64,000 bases of DNA, taken from the NCBI RefSeq assembly GCF_020745735.1, contig NC_083440.1:13565138-13629137 (forward strand), given 5' to 3'. Position numbers and translations under genes: made by a program. The stretch is from Hemiscyllium ocellatum. Its lineage: Eukaryota. Positions 38,130-50,710 of the stretch are shown one piece after another; position 1 is the first letter of the stretch, and each line of letters starts with the position of its first letter. The notes beneath the pieces were generated by a model. It did no database searches. It was not told where the DNA came from and was given only the letters and a program-made list of their open reading frames with translations.

Positions 38130-39120
38130 CATATGTTACATAGAACACAGAACATAGAAAATAGAACGTCAAAACGCAGTACATGCATTTGGACCTTGAT
38201 GTTGCACCGACCTTGAAATTAATGTCTTGCCAATCTGACCTGCACCATTCCATTATTATCCATATGTATGTCAAATGCACATTTAACTTCCCTTAACTTT
38301 GGCGATTCTGCTCTTGTTGCAAGTAGGTTATTCCACGCCCCTCCTCTCGCTGAGTAAACAAACAATCCCTGATATTTGTTCTAACTTTATCACGCCTTCA
38401 TTTAATGCTATGTCCCCTCGTGTTACTCTTCACCGCCTGAGGAAAAATGTTCTCACTGACCAACCTATCTAAACCTCTCATTATCTTATATATTTCATTA
38501 AGTCACTTCTCAATCGTCTTCTCTCCAATAAAAATACCCTCGATTCCCTCAACCTTTCCTCGTAAGACGTTCCATACCAGGCAACGTCCTAGAAAATTGC
38601 CTCTGAACTTTTTCCAAAGCTTTCACATCCGCTTTATAATTAGATGACCAGAACTGCATGCAATAATCCAGGTACAGCCATACCGGTGCCTTGTATAGCT
38701 GAAGCATGACCTCATGGTTCCAAAAATCAGTCCCCCTACCACTAAACACCAACACACCACATGCCTTCTTAACAACCCTATCAACCTTGGTGGCAACTTT
38801 CAGGGATTTATGCACCTGGGCACCAAGATCTCCCTTTTCATTTAAATTGCCAAAAACTTTCCCATTAGCCCAGTACTCTGCATTCCTGTTATTCTTCCAA
38901 AGTGAACTATCTCGCACTTTTCCACATTAAACTCCATTTGCCACTTCTGGACCGAGCTCTGCATCTTATCTCGGTCCCTGTGTAACCCACAATATCTTTT
39001 GGCATCATCCACAACTCTGTCTACCTTAATGACATCTGTAATTTTACTCACCCATCTTGCACGCCCACCTCCAGATCATTTACAAAAATGATAAACTAGC
39101 AGTGGCCCCAAAACAGATCC
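38130..39120 (-). mobile_element. 5'-truncated CR1
   Basis: MEFNVEKCEIVHFGR, LYKAPVWLYLDYCMQFWS. Confidence 0.9.
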
Positions 39121-39476
39121 TTGCAGCACACTAGTGGTAACATTATCACCTTGTTCAGATCAATATGTGTTGTTTCAGGAGTTTGCAAGCATTTCAACTC
39201 TCTTATAAGTACATTACCCCTACACATTCCTAACACAAAGATGATCGAATAATTATGTAAAGCGAAAGGTTTCTCCAGTTTATAAGTCGAGGAAGAAAAT
39301 GGCTCGGGGTTTGAAATTGATTGCCTGGAGAGTTCAGCTTTAAGTGAAGCTATTGGCCGATTCCATCTTCTGTCCTCCCCACTCTCTGATCCTGATTCTC
39401 GTCACAGAAAATGTACCATGAAGATTGATCACTGCTGGTGGGAAATGTTTCCAGAGTGAACCCTTATTGGACATCA

Positions 39477-40340
39477 GTTTTTTGCAGCTTTAACAACACT
39501 TTTTCAAAGCCTGGGCACTATAAAATGCACATACTTAAACAGCTGGATGAGATATTGCGGGACCTTTGAGTTCGAAAGTGAACTATGTCTCACTGATTCT
39601 ACTGGCCTTGAAAGAATCAGACATGTAATGTGCAACAATTCCTTGCCCAGCAGACAAGAATAAAGCATATATTTACCGGATGGGATACTGTTTGTATCAG
39701 AACATTTGAGGATGGCATCTCTCTTTTACTGTGCATCTTCCTGAAATTGACCGGATGGAAGGACTCTGCTTCACGTAAGAAGTTCATAAAGTAAAGTGAA
39801 ATTCATGCTAATTTCTGACAATCATTCAATAGAACAAGGGGTGGATTTACAGAAAGGCTTTGCAATGACACAAACCGTCTCACAATCCAGAAAATATTTC
39901 AATGCATTAAAAAGAAATAAAATAAATTTATTTGAATGTCTTGTCGTCCTTTTCCTGGAAAGCACGCAAAAAAAAATAACAGGACTGTTAAAATGTCCAG
40001 TGCATGTTTTTCCAAGAAGCCTGAGGATGAAATTTAAACTGAGGACGTGTTTTCCTCTGAAGAGGGCATTGCATTCATTGCCTACAAATGAAGAAGACAG
40101 TTTTGTTTAACGTTGGAAAAGTGAAAACTCCCTCATTAGTATTGCATGAAGTGTCAGCCTTGATGTCCAGCTCCAGGATCTGAAGTGAGAGTCAGGCCTA
40201 AGACTTTCTCACCCAGATTTGAGCACACTGACGAATGAAATGCGGTTCATTTAACAAAATATTGTTCCATTCAGGCTTGACTTTGACTAAGCTGGGGACA
40301 ATGAGAATATTCAAAAGAAGCAATAGATTTCATGCAACAT
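39477..40340 (-). pseudogene. TRBV: Heavily decayed TCR V pseudogene (V about 39516-39783, leader 40292-40340)
   Basis: Leader ATG..TGA with GT>CT donor. Acceptor lost. V alignable but broken. RSS heptamer CCCAGGC with nonamer GCAAAAAAC at 23 nt. Confidence 0.85.
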
Positions 40341-41124
40341 GATCCTATCATTTCACACTCGCTCCGTCTGTGATTGGAATGCAGTCCAACGACAACTGTA
40401 AAGGCAGTCCCTCTGCTCCATCTGACTACATACACCACATCCAGTTGCGGTCTCATTGGCATAATTTAATTTGCTATAAATCATACGCTCTATCTCACTG
40501 TGCTACTTGCTGCCTCATTGTATTGATAGATGTCATGGCAGTGATAATAGCAGGGCTCATACCTTATGAGAAACAAGATAGTTTTGATAACCAAAGGCAA
40601 TTTTTTTCCATTATGTTGTCAGTAACAATAGTCCAGACGTGGAAGTTGAGGAAGATTATTGAGTGAAAGTGAAAATGGGAACTAAGGAGATATATGTGCA
40701 TGTCGATCTGTTCTGATCTGAAATGCACTGTCTGAAAGTCTCGTCTAAACGGAATTAAGTCAATTTTTTCAATCCCATTTCCAGAAATACGAGAAACAAA
40801 ACCTGGTTGGAATGAGGACCTGGGCAAGATGCAGAGAGATGCATCGGTACAAGAGCAATATCTCAGGACAATAAAAACAAACATACACTACTAAAGCAGA
40901 GAATTTAGTGAGTAGCAATCTTTCACAAAAGAGTAGTGACCACTTGTTTCATTGTATGTAGGTGTTTCTACCTGAGAAACAGTGTATTGCCCACGTGGAA
41001 GTTTCCTTGATAAGATGGTGGAAAAACGCCTTCTTTAATCCACTGGCTCTAATATGGAACAGTTCGTTTAAAGATTTGTTAGGCCCTTTCAGAGAGCACT
41101 TCCGTGTCAGCACTATTGTGTTGG

Positions 41125-41310
41125 CACAGTGGCTCTGTAGTTAGCTCCGTTGCCTCACAGTTCCAGGAGACTGTGTTCGATTCCAGCATTAGGCAAATGT
41201 CGTTGTGGAGTTTACACATTCTTCCTGTGTCTGCGTGGGTTTCCCCTGACTTCACCAGTTTCCTCTCACGACCCAAAGACATGCAGGTTAGATGAACTGG
41301 CCAAATCTTC
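41125..41310 (+). mobile_element. HE1/V-SINE-like SINE
   Basis: tRNA-like head (GGCACAGTGG..GTTCGATTCC) plus V-domain-like tgtggagttt..gtgtctgcgtgggtttcc. Confidence 0.75.
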
Positions 41311-42458
41311 GGAGGGTTATTGTGGACTTGTTGAGTTAGATAATTCTTTGTCCTCCAGACCTGACCAGGAAGGAAGATTTCCTTACCAGAAGAGCAGCAA
41401 TGAAGAAGATGCATGCTTCTGAAACAAAATTTCAGATTTCTGATCACCGATAAGAGGTTTTTAAGTGATACATTTCAAAATGTCAAATGCCATACTGGAC
41501 ATTAATATCAATGACAATGTTAAAAGAACTTTATACACTGTCAGCGGGAAGACAAGACTGGGAGTGTGTTGAAAGTGTACAAGGAATTGTGCTGAACCAA
41601 TCTCACATTTGATATTGACATGAATATCCGGAAGGTCGTCTTCTGTTCTATAGGAAACTGTGGTTGTGCGGAACATGCAATATTCTTAGGTCAAAGTGCT
41701 CCATTGTTTCATGGAGAGGGGCTTATTCCAAACATATGTGTCTGTGTGTTTCTTCAAATTAATTCATTTGGTGGGCTGGAGGACAAGTGTACTGTCAGAG
41801 AAACAACAAAGGGCGAGTGCTGCACTCTTATTTAACATGTGAGGTGGAAAAAAGTCTTCGCTCAAAAAAAGAAACCATAGTTGGAGCGTTGATCCTGCAT
41901 TTCTGCTTAATTGTGGAATTGGACTGTGGTGAGACTCATCCTTAATGTCAATGAATGGTTTACTTGCCAATTTCAGTAAAAGATTAAGGACGAAGAGCAA
42001 TGTTCTGTAACTGGATTTACCTATCGACCAGATCGAGAAAGAAGAGGCAAAATTGGCTTTGAATCTGTCAGTCAAATTTGCGCAATGAATCTCAGTTTGT
42101 ACAAAGGGGATATAAAATTCAGAAGAAGGGAGTGCATCACAACAGAGAGAAATTATCGCGAGTTTTTGAACAATGATGTCTAATCACTTTAATCATGAAT
42201 TTCATTTCATTATACCCAGCATTGTGTGCAGAAAATCTGATATGAATGCAATTCGCTGTTTTGGAGGATCTTTCAGACTCGTTCTTGAATCATTACTTTC
42301 TGTGCTGGAGAGAATGAGAATTTGCTTAGTAAATCTGGTTCTTCCACTGCCAGATAGTGCACTCATCTGCCTTCGTAGAGAAATGTGCCCTGAATATTAA
42401 TCGTCTGTCCCTACCTATTGATAAGAAATTAGTTCGAACGCCCCTGCGATCGGCTGTT

Positions 42459-42497
42459 GGTTTTTGTAGATGCAAATACACTTTCTCAAACACTGTG
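42459..42497 (-). other. Consensus 23-RSS of the 42.5 kb V
   Basis: CACAGTG + 23 + ACAAAAACC. Confidence 0.97.
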
Positions 42498-43894
42498 TGA
42501 TACTGCATGCACAGAAATAAACAGCTGTGTCAGATGGAGAGGCGCCTTTTAGTTCTAATGTAAACAATGTTTGGCTGGGTCTTTTGGCTTGGTAAGACTC
42601 AGATGTATAATTTGTCACAGCTGCTGTTCCAGCAGAGTAGAATAAGGCTTCTATTGCCTGGCCTTGTCGCTGTCTGTACCAATACATTTGTGTATAGTCA
42701 GTATCCTTCAACGTACATCGTAATGTCTCCAAATCACCTTCTGCGATCGATATCATGGAAGAGGACTATTCAACTTTGGAAGCCAAAATGCCTGTCGAAT
42801 ATAAAGTGGACACGATTCAACTTTCTGACACAGTCCATTAGAACAAAGCGTTAGCATTAACATAGACGCTGTCACAATCCAGAAAGAAATTTCTGAACAT
42901 TTAAACAAATACATAAGCTTACTTTAGTGTCTCGTCACTATTAAAATTCAGACTGGAATGTTGAGCGAAGAAAAATCTAATAACAACAATGTGGTGGTGG
43001 CCAGTACGTATGATCTTTTCAAATTGTCTCATACTGACGTTTTGATGCAAAACCTGCGTTTCGTTGAAGAGGGTACTGTGATAGTTGTCCTAGACTTAAG
43101 AGGATATTTCTGTTTAATATAATGTGATCATTATAAATTTTATAAAACCTTGTAAAATGAGAGGTGGCATATCACCCTTGATTTAAAACTACAGGACCTT
43201 GACGAAATGATAAATGACAATCATACAACATTGCAGCGCAGTACAGGCCCTTCGGCCTCGATGTTGCGCCGACCTGTCATACCAACCTGAAGCCCATCTA
43301 ACCTACACTATTCCATGAACGTCCATATGCTTGTCCAATGCGGGCTTAAACGTACGTAAAGTTGGCGAATCTACTACTGTTTCAGGCACAGCATTCCATA
43401 CCCTTACTACTCTCTGAGTAAAGAAACTACCTCTGACATCTGTCCTATAAATATCCCCCCTCAATTTAAAGCTATGCCCCCTGGTGCTCACCGTCCACCC
43501 TATCTAACCTTCTGATTACCTTACATGTGTCAATTAAGTCACCTCTCAACCTTCTTATCTCTAACGAAAACAGCCTCAAGTCCGTCAGCCTTTCCTCGTA
43601 AGACCTTCCCTCCATACCAGGCAACATCCTAGTATATCTCCTCTGCACCCTTTCCAAAGCTTCCACATTCTTCTCTTAATGTGGTGAGCATAACTGTACA
43701 ATACTCCAAGTGCAGCCACACCAGAGTTTTGTACAGCTGTAACATAACCTCATGGTTCAGGCCTCTGAATTTCTAAGCCAGATGGGGGAGTGTGCGGACT
43801 AGTTTAACAACGTATTGCTCCACTCGCAGTATGATTTTGACTAACCTGCTGACAGTTGAAACATCCAGATGAGATAATAGGCTTCACGCAGCAT
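42498..43894 (-). pseudogene. TRBV: TCR V pseudogene with a single nonsense codon (V exon 42498-42791, leader 43846-43894)
   Basis: Leader MLREAYYLIWMFQLSA-G and splice sites intact. 294-nt exon with TAG at 42766-42768 (VE*S versus VEQS). Rest of the domain open to DTAVYFCACSI. Confidence 0.9.
43215..43760 (-). mobile_element. CR1 3' fragment inside the intron of the 42.5 kb V
   Basis: [29 protein letters not shown]. Confidence 0.92.
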
Positions 43895-44984
43895 GATCCT
43901 GCTATTTGACAGATGGCCACTCTGTGAATGGAGTTCCAGTCCAACGTCAGCTGTGAAGACAAGTTCTGTGCACCATCTGATTAAACGTGTTACTATCTCA
44001 TTGCAACAACACAATTTCCTGTGAAAATCTAAGCTCCACCTCACTCTATTCTCCAGTGACTTGTTGGATAGATAAATCTCCGTGAATAACAGAATCAAAT
44101 TTCGAGGGTAATTGGGTGGTTTCGATAAGCAAAGACAATTATTCCATCGGGTTGTTAATTACAATAATCAAGACATTGAAGACGATGCAAGATGTTGGAT
44201 TGAAATTTTAAATGGATAATGAAAAGAGCCTTTTATATATCAAGATGCACTGAACTGAAATTAATTTGCTTAAACGTTAGGCTGGGAGCAATTACAGATA
44301 CTTTTAAAACGGATTTGTATCTCTGCCTGAAAAATCGAAATTGCATGAATGGTGGAGAGAACATGTCAGGATGATATACTGGAAACTGGGAAGAAGTGTC
44401 AGGATTAAAAATGCGTAATGCTACTGATGAAGTAGAACGTCAGTCAAAACAGTCTTTCACAAGAGAGTGGTGACCACTTCAGACACGTTTTTTTTTCTGG
44501 AATTTGTGTGTTGCTGGATAAACTAACAGTTATTGCTCATTTCTAACTTATGATTAAGAATAATCGAATAGCTTTGATGGTGATGAAATATTTTGATATC
44601 ACTTCTTTGTGAAGTTAATATGGTTTAGCTTACATTACTACCTGGTAACATTCCATAATGAGTGAGTTAGTACGGGGAGAGAGCTTGAGGTGCTAAATGT
44701 TCTGAAATGTTTCCTATGAGTTAACTGGAGTATCTTCTACCAGTGAAATGGAATGAAACTCAAATGCATTGATTTTCTCCAATTGGAAAAGGATGATCTT
44801 AAAGGGGGATGCTCTGTGAGCATGAGATGTTCTACATGAACAACAGTTTATATTGGCCATTATAGCACGCTGCCTAAAGATAGGTCCTGGAAGCAGATTG
44901 TCCTTCCAGGACCTAACATGTAAAGTTCAAGTGTTCCATTATTCAATGCAGTGAAGCTTATTACACAATTATGTCATGGAATCC

Positions 44985-45730
44985 TTACCTTGTGGAAGCA
45001 GGCGACTTGGCCTATTGAGTCCACAACGACCATCCAAAATACATCCCACGCAAATGTATCCTCGTGTCCAAACCTGCCATTCTGCACTTCGCACAGTTAA
45101 TCAAAATCCCCGCACATCCTTAGATACTATGGTCAATTCCACATCACGAAAGTGAGGACTGCAGATGCTGGAAATCAGAGTCAAGGTTAGAGTGGTGCTG
45201 GAAAAGCACAGCAGGTCAGGCAGCATCAAAGTAGCAGGAAGTCAACGTTTCAGGCAACAGCCTTTCATCAGGATTGAGGTCATTCTGAAAGGTCGAATTT
45301 TCTGTTCCTCGGATGCTGCCTGACCTATTGTGCTTTTCCAGAACCACTCTAATCTTGACTCAATTTCGCATGGCCAATCCACCTATCCTGCACATATTTA
45401 GATTAGATTAGATTGGGTTAGCTTAGATTCATTAGATTTCCTACGGCGTCTAAACAGCCCCTTAGGCCCAACAGGTCCACAACGACCTGTGGGTAACCCA
45501 CCCAGACCTTTTTCCCTCTGACTAATTCATCTCACACTACGGGCAATTTGGCCAATTCATGTGATCTGAACATCTTTGGACTGTGGGAGGAAGACTGTAG
45601 GATAAACATGAACACCCAGAGCGATCCCAAGTAGACAGTGGAGAGAATGTGCAAAATCACAAAGACAGTCACGCAAGGCAAGAATCCAACCTAGGTCCCT
45701 GGTACTGTGAGGCAGCAATGCTAAACACTG
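44985..45730 (-). mobile_element. Nested SINEs (HE1-like) with a fold-back hammerhead element at 45150-45361
   Basis: SINE body and tail on minus, interrupted by an inverted-repeat element, followed by a second SINE with a (TTAGA)n tail. Confidence 0.7.
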
Positions 45731-46479
45731 AAAGATCTTGCTGCCCTTTAACAGTGTGTGAGCTTTTCATTTTCTAAATTAGTTCACTGGTGTGCACTGA
45801 AGGAAAGAAGTACTGTTGAAGAGAAAGCACAGAGCGAATGCTGATATGCCTGCTGTACACTGTTTGGGAGTAAATGCTGAAAGGAGTATTGTCTCAAGTA
45901 AATAAACACGCAGCTTGAGATTTGACCTTGCCCCTTTTCTCACAACAATGCATGTTGAAATGTCTTCATACATATCACGGATTGTTTAGTTGCCCAATAT
46001 GAAGAGTGATAATTTTACAGTTAGACGATATTGGGTTAAGATGGGTGAGTCTGAATATTACCCCTCAGAGAGATATGTCACCAGAATCATAGTATGTAGA
46101 AACATTTTCTTAACTGCACCGGTAAAGGGTGGGAGCGGGGGGTGGTGGATTTTCATTAGAATTGGACGTCATGTATGTACGTTTTGTGAGTGGGTGATTT
46201 TCTAACATTTTTACAGTGAGATCATTTTAATGAAATACAGCATTAAGTTGTACTATTAACCTTTGAACTGTACAAACCTGTTTTGGGGTCCCATCAAATT
46301 GTGTCATGGGTATTAATTACTATACTGGCGAGGATAAGAATACTAAAATAATTAGGTTACTGAGTGAATCGTTTTCTTCACTTGCCAAATAGTGAAGTGA
46401 GCTGAGTCTTACCAGTACAAAAAGGATTGGGATGTGTATTGTCAAGAATGCGTTGAAGCAGATTGATATCATCGAGAGG

Positions 46480-46650
46480 AGAAAGTGAGGACTGCAGATG
46501 CTGGAGACCAGAGCTCAAAATGTATGGCTGGAAAAGCGCAGCAGGTCAGGCAGCATCCAAAGAGCAGGAGAATTCACGTTTCAGACATGAGCCCTTCCTC
46601 AGGAATGAGGAAAGTATGTCCAGCAGGCTAAGATAAAAGTTAGGGAGGAT
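46480..46650. mobile_element. Single-arm copy of the Penelope-derived hammerhead element
   Basis: Same arm sequence as the 22.1 kb copy. Minus strand CTGAGGA-A-GGGC-TCAT-GTCT-GAAACGTG. Confidence 0.7.
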
Positions 46651-49049
46651 GGACTTGTTCATGTTTTTTCATGTTGTACACGTGGTTATATGATCAGTTA
46701 TTTGTTCTCAGGATGGGTCGCTCGACCTGATACATTAACTCTAATTTCTCTCGATTATTCATGCTTGATCAGCTGATGATTGCCAGCAATATCTATTTTT
46801 GCCAATTATTTGTAAAGTCGGGATTGGACGAATGAATAACATAGATGTTTCAAACACCGAATCTTCAAATTTCATTGTACTGAAAATCCAATGATGGCGA
46901 AGATGATATGAGTATGCTTGATGTATCTGTGCAAGAACACTCAAAAATGCAACACTGTTTCAGGAACGATATCTTTGAGGCGCTCGAACTACTATAATGT
47001 TTCCAGGTTTCCATTCATTAAACTGTGTCCATGTAAGATACGGGATGGTCATTTGCAATCATTCGGAAAAGGATCAGCTGTGGGGGTAGGCCGTGCAAGC
47101 CGGGGAGACAAGATGACCCAAGTGAGCAAGAATTAGTTTTGGTGTGACGAGATGAGACTTGAAGAAGGATCTGTTCTGTCATGTTTCTCTTGAAAACAAG
47201 TGTGGTAAACCTGTTGAAGAGTTGCGTGCTCCGTGGAAATCAGAGTAAATAGCATTTTGATTTTTTTTAAACTAACAATAGAAGCATGATTGGGTGTAGT
47301 TATGATCACACAGACCCAGGTTTTAATTTGCCTTTCAGCTGTTTCAACTGAAAGCTTCAGTTTACTTTCTGCTGCTCGATGCATTCTTCCATTCATTTCC
47401 TTTCACCGGCACTGCAGTAGATCACAAGTGAAGGAAATCTATTTTTCTGAATTAGCATTTGTCAAAGGAGTGTTTACGGGATGCTGCTATATTGCAACAT
47501 TGATGAACAATTGTATATTATTTTGCTCCATATTTCAATTTTGTTCCGTACTTAAAGTTATACCAATTAAAAAAAACAGTGATGTAAGAATGAAGTATAC
47601 TTTGTGTAAGGCTTAACATTTTGACGAAATAAATCATATGTCAGGCAAGTTCCTTTATTTGGTTTGAATGAGACAAAAGTTAGTGTCTAGCATATCTAGA
47701 TGTTTAGATTGTCCTATAAAAAAAATGGGCGGCTTGCCCAGGATCAGCATATTTAAATCCTGTTTGTTTTTCGCATTAGTGGACTCAGAAATGGACAGTG
47801 GTCAGTCTTGATGTTCTCATTTCAGGTCTTGCATTCTGTTGGTTGAAATGGGATATGTTGCAATGTCTCTTTAAGAGACTAAATGTTTACTATGTGTGGA
47901 ACTCGCCACTTGAGTAGTTTAGAGCAGATGAGGAAGGCAAAGCTTTCAGAATTGCTAGACAAGATGAATTTTTGGTTTCTTGGAACAAGAGAAAAGTTAA
48001 GATATTTGCAGCAATAGTTTAGCATTTAAAATTGCCAAAAATGTAATGGGAATCATTGGATATAGTTCATTAAACGACTTGAACATGAACATGAATGAAA
48101 CAGTTTGAGTTGCGATTCAAAACAAAAGCAAAGGAAAAAAAAATACTCCTAGCGGAAGAAAAATATAAAGAGGGTGAACGTGATAAATAGAGAGAAGAAA
48201 GTGAGAAAGAATGAACTTTTGAACTTCGGAAATTGAACTGAAAAGTGTAGGACGATTTGAAATGAAAAAATGAAAAATCCACTTCCTGAAGTAAGGCAAG
48301 TCAATGTGGAAAAGCAGAGAGTAAAAGCAGCAAGATTAGGAGCTGAAATGGCGGTCAATTTTGAGTCAGTTCAAAAATCAAAGAGTGGTTTCTGACATCA
48401 AATTCAATCTGTAAGAGATAGAAATTTACAAAAAGAGAACTCCTAATGACATCGTGGTAAAGACGTTCTCATTGAAGACAGTAAAGATAGTAAGGATAAA
48501 AGAAAAGAATATCATAAGGGGCGTGAAATCAAGGCTTCAAGTGTTATAATTGCAATAAAATAAACCACATGAGCCTATCATGCTGGAAGATTGAAAAAAA
48601 ACACTGGGAAAAATTTATATGATAAAACAGGATAAACTGGCGGATTTTGTTAACGTGGTAAAGGAAAGCACCGAATGAAGCAAAAGAGATGCAAAAGAAT
48701 GTACAACCTGGTCAGTGGTTGATTTAGAAAAAAAGTAGCAGATCTCTTCAGAGAATTTAAATTTCGTGGGTGAGGTGTACTCATATGTACCAGAAGGAGC
48801 AGGTAAAGAATTCAAGATTTCAAAACATAAGGGAGTAAGTTAATCTTTGATGGCGAGAGATAAGGAGATATGCAATTCAGAAGCGGTTATATGAGAAAAA
48901 AGTAGCATTCATGATGAGAAGAGTACTATAAGTTATACAAAATGAAGCTGGAGAGTCAAGTGACATTAGTGACGTGATGGTAGGCGTAAGATAGACATCC
49001 TCAGCTGTGGATATGCAATTTATGCTCAAAACTATTATAACTGGATCAC

Positions 49050-49300
49050 AGATTTGAGTGTTCTGGATCAGTGGTGCTGGAAGAGCACAGCAGTTCAGGC
49101 AGCATCCAAAGTGCAGCGAAATCGACTTTTCGGGCAAAAGCCCTTCATCAGGAATAAAGGCAGTGAGCCTGAAGAGTGGACTCCTCCGGCTTATCTCTCC
49201 ACGCTTCAGGCTCACTGCCTTTATTCCTGATGAAGGGCTCTGGCCCGAAACGTCGAATTTCCTGTTCCTTGGAAGCTGCCTGACCTGCTGTGCTTTAACC
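49050..49300. mobile_element. Fold-back Penelope-derived element with two opposed hammerhead cores
   Basis: About 100-bp inverted arms. Candidate 9-bp TSD TATAACTGG at 49036-49044 and 49327-49335. Confidence 0.8.
49223..49258 (+). ncRNA. Minimal type I hammerhead ribozyme motif
   Basis: ATTC-CTGATGA-A-GGGC-TCTG-GCCC-GAAAC-GTC-GAAT: stem I 4 bp, full core, stem II 4 bp, palindromic ACGU stem III, GUC cleavage triplet. Confidence 0.7.
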
Positions 49301-50189
49301 AGTAATAGACTCACAAAGGCACATTATATAACTGGGGAGAAATCAAGAATTAAGGATAAGGAAATTGTATTTTAATTATCAGAATCAATGTTTGATCAAA
49401 TAGTCGAGGGAAAAAAAACAAGAACAGATGGATGGAAAAGTTGGTGTTCTTCATTCAAAGACATCAGTTGAATTACAACAGAAAAGTGAAAAATAAAGTG
49501 GTTGTATCAAAATGCAGACAACGAAGACAAATCTGAGTATGTTCCAGAAAGATAGAGTCTTAAACATGAAGTCTTGATGAGAAAATGGAGACCATTAAAT
49601 ATTCAGGCTGATGGAAAATTGGCAGAAGTTCATAACGATGTATTACCAGTGAGCTACAGAAAAGAGGGGTTGTGGTAGCACATGAGTGACCAGTAGAAAC
49701 TAATTTGGAATGAAGGAAAACTCAAACCAAGATACAAACACACCTCATTGACCTGGACTGCATAAAGACATGATTGAATCTTGCCACACACATATCACAA
49801 ATGTACGGTAGCAGGAAAACTTCTTAATACCCATCCCAGCATTTGTAGAAACTTTTACAAGTGTCTTTTATATTGCGTATGACCCCACCCCCAAACAAAA
49901 GTGGGATCAGCATTTGTTGACCAGAATGAGTGTATTTACTCTATGTGCAGAGGTCATTCCAAAAAGCAATTTCATGACTAAAAGAATTGTAAAGAAAGTT
50001 ACTCACTTTTTATTACTTAATACGGACTATCTGCAAGAAAAAAATGCAAATCAAGGGTTATGATTTTCATCAACATTATTCAAGCAAGTTATGGATAGCT
50101 TAGGAACAAACCCACTAAAATGAGCTGAGTACAGTTCCTTGTTGAGAGAAAACCTTGATTGTTGTGTGCTGCGTTAGCTTGTCAGACTG

Positions 50190-50710
50190 AGGAAGGAGAG
50201 TTTTAATATTGAGGGAGGCCAGCAAAGGTTCACCAGACTGGTTCTCGGGATGGCAGGGCCGACATCTGAATAAAGGTTGTATCGACTGGATGTGTACTCG
50301 CTGGAATTTAGTAGAATGAGGGGAAATCTCACAGAAACATTTATAATTCTGATGGGACTGAACAGGTTAGGTGTGTGAGAAAATGTTCCCAGTGTTGGGA
50401 CGGTCCATAATTACAAGTTTCAGTCTACAAAAAAAAGTGCACACCATTCTGTACCGAAATGAGGAAGGATTTCGTCACTCAGAGAGTTGTGAATCTATGG
50501 AATTCTCTGCCACAGAGAGCTGTTGGGTCAAGTTCTCGAGATGAATTCAAGAGGGAGCCAGACGAGGCCCTTGTGGCTCAATTGATCAAAGTCTATGGAG
50601 AGAAAGCAGAAATGGGATATTGAAATGCATGATCACACATAACCACATTGAATGGTGTTTTAGGCTCAACGGGTCGAATACCCTTCTCAATCAACTATTT
50701 TCTCTGTTTT
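50190..50710 (+). mobile_element. CR1 3' fragment nested in the Gypsy integrase region
   Basis: CR1 C-terminal and 3' UTR sequence. Confidence 0.85.

Noticed and set aside
41125-41190. tRNA gene
   Set aside because: A/B-box-like head continues into a SINE body, with no cloverleaf
48877-49375. Overlapping 145-aa and 105-aa ORFs on opposite strands
   Set aside because: By-product of the inverted-repeat element
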